Assembly (NCBI GenBank): GCA_014728035.1
Contig: WJMJ01000018.1
Coordinates: forward strand, 64,001-128,000
Length of the DNA stretch: 64,000 nucleotides
From: Promethearchaeota archaeon
GTDB lineage: Archaea; Asgardarchaeota; Thorarchaeia; Thorarchaeales; Thorarchaeaceae
Direction of reading: 5' to 3'
The position numbers and the translations under genes were made by a program. The notes under the pieces were generated by a model. It was not told the DNA's origin. It made no database searches and was given only the letters and a program-made list of their open reading frames with translations. Positions within the stretch are counted from its first letter, which is position 1. Every line of letters begins with the position of its first letter. Positions 58,793-64,000 of the stretch are shown here, piece by piece.

Positions 58793-58885
58793 TGATATTT
58801 CTCCATTCTTACCAATGTATTACAACATATAACTCATTCTGCGTTGGCATTGTTGTGTCACTGATAGGGAGTCGTTTTTTTCAAA

Positions 58886-61360
58886 TTACGAAATCCCAGA
58901 TGTATCAACATCACCTTTAACTCTTCCAAACACAGCACGCAGAACGTCAACTCCGCCAGTAGCAGCACCGACAACATCACCAGTGAATAGAGATAGAAGG
59001 ACGTTAGCAGCTTTTGCTGGTGTACTCGTCTTCTTCTTCAAATCTTTCACACGGGTAGAGAAACTATGCCATAGCTCACGAGTGGTCCCTCGTTCAAGTA
59101 CACCCTCTTCTTCAAGTGCTTTGATTAGATTCGAGCCAACTTGGCCTTCTGTTGCGAATCCACATACCAAATCTAATGCTTCTTTTGCTTGTGGATCGTC
59201 AACTGAACGTTCCATTAAATCGACAAATGCGCGTGTTGTAGATTCAACAGTATCAAAGAGGTCGAGGAGCTTAATCTTCTGAATAGCAGACAGGTCCGAT
59301 TCGAGAGTCAAGTCGATAGTCCGCTCAATATCACTAAAATCAACAAACGAAAGGTCTCTACCTTTTAGACTGTGTTTCATTGAATCTGTTACACTAGTAA
59401 TCATTCCTATGAATTTGTTACCTTGAATGACCTTCAAGATATTCTGAACCGTTTTACGTTCATCTTCTGAGAGAATTGTTTCGTTTGTTTCTAGACTGAG
59501 AAGGAAGTCTCTGAAATTAGGTTCAAACATTTCCATCTCCATTTTCAACCGGTCTATACTCTTCCGACTCTTTGATTCGTAGGTAAGACTTTCTTCCTGA
59601 TTTACGTAGACAAGAGTAGAGTATTCTATAGCTTGTTTCCAAACAGGTTCGAGGGTGTTATCAAGAATCCCTTTTGCTAGCACGGAATCAATCTTCTCCT
59701 CATAGAATTGCTGCAATTCATCATCTAATTCCTTTTTTCGTGCGATTCTGCCACGTTCGAGCAAAGCAACGTGATTCAAAAGTAGGAGAATGTCAAACTC
59801 AGTTGGTTCAGAGCCGTTTTCTGTGATGATAGATAACCCTTCAAAGAACCGGACAATTTGTTCATGAGAGAGGTTGTTCTCAAAAGCTACCTCACCCAAA
59901 GGTGTGAGATGAAATTCATTATCTTTCTTCTCAACAAGTGGACGATTCATCTTTATCATTTGCTTAAGTACACGAGAAGTTGAACTCTTTTTATAGAACA
60001 TTCCAAGTCGCTTTGAGAGTTTTTTCCTCTCACTCTCAGTCTTCATAAGACCTAGACCTATTTGACCCAATAATATCTTGGAGAGTTGACTGTTATTGAG
60101 AAATCTAGTAGGAAGTTTCGGAGAAGAATACACACGTTGTAATTCACCTACATCAGTGATGCTCTTAGTAAAGACGGTGCAATCTCCAGCTCTGCCTTTT
60201 CCACGACGCATCCGCACAGCTCGTGCCATCATAGACTGTCTAAATATTTCATCAATCCCAGGAGCGCTCATCACAACATGTGATACGGGGGTATTCACCC
60301 CGTAAGCTAGAGCTTCAGTTCCAAACAGAAAACGGATATATTTTCGCCGAAATGCCCATTCAATGAACCATCTCTGTGCTTCATCCATCTGTCCGTGATA
60401 ACAACCGATTCCTTGTTCTACTTGAGTGTAGCTCGGATATTCTAATTCCTTCAATACAGCAGATACTTTCTCAAGACGTTCACGAATAATATGTTCAACA
60501 TCAAAAGATACAGCCTCCCCAAGTTCTGATCCTTTCTCTTCAACAAAGTTATTTATCTGATCAATCGAGTTCACATATACCAAGGTTCTTGTGCCATCAT
60601 CTGCCAAGTCAAGTAGATGTTCTGCGAACTTGGTATGCTTCTCTTTAGTACTCTTGTAATTAATCAATCGAATGTCAGGAGGATCGTATTCTTTCTCATC
60701 AATGATCAATTTGACTCCAAAAGCTGTTTCAAGCCGAGTCGGTTCATCAAACTGAGCAGAAAGAATAAGGATACGAGGAGAGGGAGTCATTTGATTCTTT
60801 GCAAATTTCATGATTTCAAAAAGCATAGGGCCTCTTACAGGGTCATGAATAATGGAATGCGTATCATCAGAAACAAGTACTCGGAGGTTTCTAGAAAGAA
60901 GCCATTCTCTGGTCTCCTGCATTCTAATCATATCAAACATAGCATCTGGAGTTGCAATCAATACATTTGGAGAAAATCCCTTTGACAACTGGAGAATTGA
61001 ACGATTTTCGCGTATTTCACCAACTACAACCATTGGACGTAAGAACCATCCAAAAAATTGACTCAGTGTCGCCGAAGTATCTCTTGCTGAAGCATGGAAT
61101 GGAGCTAGAATAATCGCTAACTCATTTGATTCACTATCAGGTGTTTCCTCTTTTCGTTTAGAAATAGCTTGAAATAGCTCATTTGCAATCAGCAAACCTC
61201 CAGCAAAACTCTTTCCGGTCCTAGACATAGATACAATGCCGAAATCACCATCAGTGGTATACAATCCAGAGTCTGCTGCAATTCTCTGGACCTCATTCAG
61301 TCTTTTGATTCCCAAAGCTTCAGAAATCTTAGCAAGAGACGGTTCAAGAACTTCAATCAT
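58886..61360 (-). CDS. Ski2/Hel308-like SF2 helicase with degenerate catalytic motifs
   Basis: Q-motif GIKRLNEVQ; I SRTGKS; II DDTH; RGP; III LSAQ; YHGQM; V TEALAYGVNTP; VI QSMMARAVR; LTPLG winged helix. Confidence 0.8.
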   Translation of the reverse strand: MIEVLEPSLAKISEALGIKRLNEVQRIAADSGLYTTDGDFGIVSMSRTGKSFAGGLLIANELFQAISKRKEETPDSESNELAIILAPFHASARDTSATLSQFFGWFLRPMVVVGEIRENRSILQLSKGFSPNVLIATPDAMFDMIRMQETREWLLSRNLRVLVSDDTHSIIHDPVRGPMLFEIMKFAKNQMTPSPRILILSAQFDEPTRLETAFGVKLIIDEKEYDPPDIRLINYKSTKEKHTKFAEHLLDLADDGTRTLVYVNSIDQINNFVEEKGSELGEAVSFDVEHIIRERLEKVSAVLKELEYPSYTQVEQGIGCYHGQMDEAQRWFIEWAFRRKYIRFLFGTEALAYGVNTPVSHVVMSAPGIDEIFRQSMMARAVRMRRGKGRAGDCTVFTKSITDVGELQRVYSSPKLPTRFLNNSQLSKILLGQIGLGLMKTESERKKLSKRLGMFYKKSSTSRVLKQMIKMNRPLVEKKDNEFHLTPLGEVAFENNLSHEQIVRFFEGLSIITENGSEPTEFDILLLLNHVALLERGRIARKKELDDELQQFYEEKIDSVLAKGILDNTLEPVWKQAIEYSTLVYVNQEESLTYESKSRKSIDRLKMEMEMFEPNFRDFLLSLETNETILSEDERKTVQNILKVIQGNKFIGMITSVTDSMKHSLKGRDLSFVDFSDIERTIDLTLESDLSAIQKIKLLDLFDTVESTTRAFVDLMERSVDDPQAKEALDLVCGFATEGQVGSNLIKALEEEGVLERGTTRELWHSFSTRVKDLKKKTSTPAKAANVLLSLFTGDVVGAATGGVDVLRAVFGRVKGDVDTSGIS

Positions 61361-61415
61361 AAGCGTGCGCTCCACTACTGAGGGATAATCAGAAGGAAAT
61401 AAAGATTGCCCGAGA

Positions 61416-61955
61416 TTAAGACAATCCTAATTTCAAGAGATCAGATCTTGTGATTATTCCACTTAGCCTTCCTTGATTCAATAGCAATACTGCTTGATGC
61501 AAGTCGAATAAAGGGAGTATTGAATCAATTGGAGTACTTTCATCAATCCTTGGAGGTCCACTAGTTTCAACAACAGCTTCCACGGATATTTTAGATGCAT
61601 CATGCTGTAAGTTTCTGATAATGTCCCTCTCTGTAATCATGCCAACAATTCTACCCGTGCGTACCACTGGTAACTGTGAGTACCCATATTTCTGCATCAC
61701 CTCAATAGCATTTGCAACGCTTTTTCTAGCATCGATAGTTTTAGGATTAGCAGTCATTATCTCTAAGCATCTGATTGTTCTTGACTTTGTAAGATAGTCC
61801 ACAATCTTGTTTACCAGAGATAGTTTAGGATCCAGGGAGCCTTTTTCCATTCTTGCAATGTATGCCTGTGTCACACCTACCGCTTCAGCTAAATCGAGTT
61901 GAGTAATATTTGCCTCTTCTCGCAGCTTTTTGAGATCTTCTTTTGTGATTAACAC
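61416..61955 (-). CDS. XRE-HTH plus CBS-pair transcriptional regulator (COG3620-like)
   Basis: LKKLREEANITQLDLAEAVGVTQAYIARMEKG..DP; CBS motifs YSQLPVV, GMITERD and GIITRSD. Confidence 0.92.
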   Translation of the reverse strand: MLITKEDLKKLREEANITQLDLAEAVGVTQAYIARMEKGSLDPKLSLVNKIVDYLTKSRTIRCLEIMTANPKTIDARKSVANAIEVMQKYGYSQLPVVRTGRIVGMITERDIIRNLQHDASKISVEAVVETSGPPRIDESTPIDSILPLFDLHQAVLLLNQGRLSGIITRSDLLKLGLS

Positions 61956-61968
61956 ATCAATCCACCAT

Positions 61969-62016
61969 ATAATTATGAGTAATATTTATTATATTTTCAA
62001 TAACTACGGGTAATAT
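61969..62016. promoter_or_regulatory. Pair of 17-bp boxes (candidate operator) between the divergent HTH-CBS and MAT genes
   Basis: ATAATTATGAGTAATAT (61969-85) and ATAACTACGGGTAATAT (62000-16); 14/17 identical, 31-bp period. Confidence 0.55.
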
Positions 62017-62083
62017 AGTATCCAAAGATATTTAACGGTTTAGTAGCGGCACCAAAGGAAAGCACTAGTATAAGGTGACTGTA

Positions 62084-63283
62084 ATGCAATTGAAAGTTAC
62101 ACGCGGTGACGGAAGACCCGTTACAAAGAGAGAAGTTGAAATCGTAGAAAGAAAAGGAAAAGGTCACCCAGACACGCTATGTGACAAAGCAGCTGAAGAA
62201 CTGTCAGTACGTCTGAGCGAATTCTACCTTGAAAAATTCGATAGAGTCATGCATCATAATGTTGACAAAGTGTTACTTGTTGGTGGACAATCAAATGCCA
62301 GATTTGGTGGCGGAGATGTCATTGAGCCAATCTATTTGTTACTCAGTGGTCGAGCTGTTGATGTCGTTGATAGAGATTATGAGCGTCAGGTCCCAGTAGG
62401 AAAGTTTGCAGTAGAACACACAAGACAATGGCTAAGTGAAGACCTACCACACCTTGATGTGAATTCTGACCTAATTGTAGATTACAAAATACGTGCGGGA
62501 AGTACAGATCTAGTTGGAAATTTCGATCAAGATATTGAAGTTCCAAAAGCAAACGATACTAGTTTTGGAGTTGCATATGGGCCATACTCAGCAACTGAGA
62601 AAGTTGTCCTAGAGTCTGAACTTCTATTGAACTCGGAAGCTATCAAGAAAAAGTACCCCCAGATTGGAGAAGACATCAAGGTAATGGGTACACGTGTTGG
62701 AAAGAAACTGCACCTTCAGGTCGCAGCTGCAATTATCTCTACAGAAACCAAAGATGCAGATGAATATGCCAGTGTAATGGACGCCATTACCAGTGAAATA
62801 ACAGACCTTGCAGTGAAACTGACAGACTTGGACATAGAAGTTGCAGTCAACACAGCAGATGTACCTGAAGAAGATTTGTACTATCTAACTGTAACAGGTA
62901 CTTCAGCCGAACATGGAGACGACGGCCAAGTTGGTAGAGGAAATCGTGCAAATGGTCTCATCACGCCATATAGACCCATGACTCTTGAAGCTGCAGCTGG
63001 TAAGAATCCAGTATCTCACGTTGGGAAAACCTACAATGTAGCAGCTAGCGAAATTGTAGAACGTGTTGTAAAAGAGCACCCCGACATCGAGCAAGTTTAC
63101 TGTTATCTCGTTAGTCAGATTGGTGCACCCATCACCGAACCACAAGCGGTTAACATTGAGCTCTACGGTGACTGTGATGTTGAAAAGATTCGAAAATCAG
63201 TAGAGAGTATCTCGGAAGAAGTCATTGCAAAACTACCCAAGGTCTGGGAAGGCTTTGTTAAGAGAAAATTCCAGCTATGGTAA
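62084..63283 (+). CDS. mat: S-adenosylmethionine synthetase, archaeal type
   Basis: [45 protein letters not shown] and [10 protein letters not shown] motifs; AGGTGA SD before ATG 62084. Confidence 0.97.
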   Translation: MQLKVTRGDGRPVTKREVEIVERKGKGHPDTLCDKAAEELSVRLSEFYLEKFDRVMHHNVDKVLLVGGQSNARFGGGDVIEPIYLLLSGRAVDVVDRDYERQVPVGKFAVEHTRQWLSEDLPHLDVNSDLIVDYKIRAGSTDLVGNFDQDIEVPKANDTSFGVAYGPYSATEKVVLESELLLNSEAIKKKYPQIGEDIKVMGTRVGKKLHLQVAAAIISTETKDADEYASVMDAITSEITDLAVKLTDLDIEVAVNTADVPEEDLYYLTVTGTSAEHGDDGQVGRGNRANGLITPYRPMTLEAAAGKNPVSHVGKTYNVAASEIVERVVKEHPDIEQVYCYLVSQIGAPITEPQAVNIELYGDCDVEKIRKSVESISEEVIAKLPKVWEGFVKRKFQLW

Positions 63284-63293
63284 ATTAGAATAG

Positions 63294-63325
63294 GAAGGCA
63301 CAGAGTGCCTTCATTTTTCATTTTT
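63294..63325 (+). terminator. Hairpin plus T tracts after MAT
   Basis: GAAGGCAC-AGA-GTGCCTTC followed by ATTTTTCATTTTT. Confidence 0.7.
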
Positions 63326-63416
63326 GAACAACACTTTTTGAAATCAAACTTACAATAATCATGCTAGGGATTATTTCGTTTTATATCGAACAATGAAATG
63401 GTTGTTATTCATTCAT

Positions 63417-64000
63417 CTAATCTACTAACCGTTCAAGAACCGATCTAAAAACGGTCTTAAGTGCCGTATTCAATTCTTTTCCATGACTGATTTCTACCAA
63501 ATTTGTTGCTCCATCTTTATTCAACCTAAGCACTTCTATGGTGTCACCCATTTCATCTACATGAGCTTGAAACTTGGCCCCACCAGTAGCTTCAGGAATT
63601 GCAATGATACCTATTTGAGCGGATCCTGCATCGAGTTGCTCCTTGACCCTTTTAGCAGAATAATATGCAGCTACTCCACCACTTCTATCCCAATCGCGAA
63701 CATTTGGAACATCAATACACATTTTGACTTTGTTTGTAGTTTTGACTACTTCCAAAACTGCTGAAGATGCACTGGAGCTATCATCATTTTCAACAGCAAG
63801 ACGGATTTCAGCACCTAGTTCGTCACCAACAATTCGAAGGCCATGCATAATAGCCCCCAAGACAGTAGTTGATGTCAGCTTAATCACATAGTCTGGCTGG
63901 GGTTCAGGTTCAATTGGGGCTCTATCATATACAATAGAATCTAATTTTGGTATTAGTCGTTTTATTGCTTCTCTGGGAACCCCTTGAGACTCTACAAATA
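63417..64000 (-). CDS. Hypothetical protein, C-terminal part (5' end beyond the window)
   Basis: The frame stays open from the window edge (...FVESQGVPREAIKRLIPKLDSIVYDRAPIEPEPQPDY) into the 156-aa ORF. Confidence 0.65.
   Translation of the reverse strand, partial: FVESQGVPREAIKRLIPKLDSIVYDRAPIEPEPQPDYVIKLTSTTVLGAIMHGLRIVGDELGAEIRLAVENDDSSSASSAVLEVVKTTNKVKMCIDVPNVRDWDRSGGVAAYYSAKRVKEQLDAGSAQIGIIAIPEATGGAKFQAHVDEMGDTIEVLRLNKDGATNLVEISHGKELNTALKTVFRSVLERLVD

Noticed and set aside
93-63764. Numerous 60-180 aa ORFs nested in or antisense to long genes (e.g. 3531..4007, 13474..13770, 51120..51668, 57365..57877)
   Set aside because: Shadow ORFs of well-supported genes, with no motifs or SDs of their own.
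63417-63887. 156-aa ORF as a complete gene
   Set aside because: The frame is open to the window edge, so the GTG at 63887 is probably internal.
1-64000. CRISPR arrays, tRNA/rRNA genes, IS elements, integrases, proviral genes
   Set aside because: No regularly spaced repeats, cloverleafs or transposase/integrase/capsid motifs; intergenic gaps are short.

Overview
A densely coding, AT-rich 64-kb chromosomal segment of an archaeon. Evidence: archaeal-type MAT, CoaD, GlyRS, TrpRS, an Nre-like protein, a Hel308-like helicase and BRE/TATA promoters. The eukaryote-like proteins and overall gene mix suggest an Asgard archaeon, probably Thorarchaeia (inference). Recognisable genes: a non-oxidative pentose phosphate operon (rpe, split transketolase, transaldolase), mutL, two YtcJ-type amidohydrolases, ferritin, an M28 peptidase, coaD, a RACo-like ATPase, glyS, class II HMG-CoA reductase, two multi-PAS signalling proteins, AlaX, a GT-C glycosyltransferase, trpS, a CPA1 antiporter and MAT. 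I saw no tRNA, rRNA, CRISPR array, transposase or integrase. Most notable: (1) a 16-kb envelope locus with two giant (about 2000 and 2260 aa), paralogous, W/Y-rich, sequon-rich, C-terminally anchored proteins next to a SpoIIM-domain polytopic protein, a candidate two-subunit S-layer or surface lattice; (2) a convergent pair of SNAP-like solenoid proteins, one fused to two Ig-like domains; (3) a CINP/C1orf109-like gene behind a catalytically degenerate Ski2/Hel308-like helicase; (4) two unannotated structured-RNA candidates (about 54058-54175 with its own BRE/TATA, and an H/ACA-like hairpin at 47225-47283); (5) an HTH-CBS regulator divergent from MAT with a pair of phased 17-bp boxes. All family assignments come from motif recognition by eye, not from database searches.
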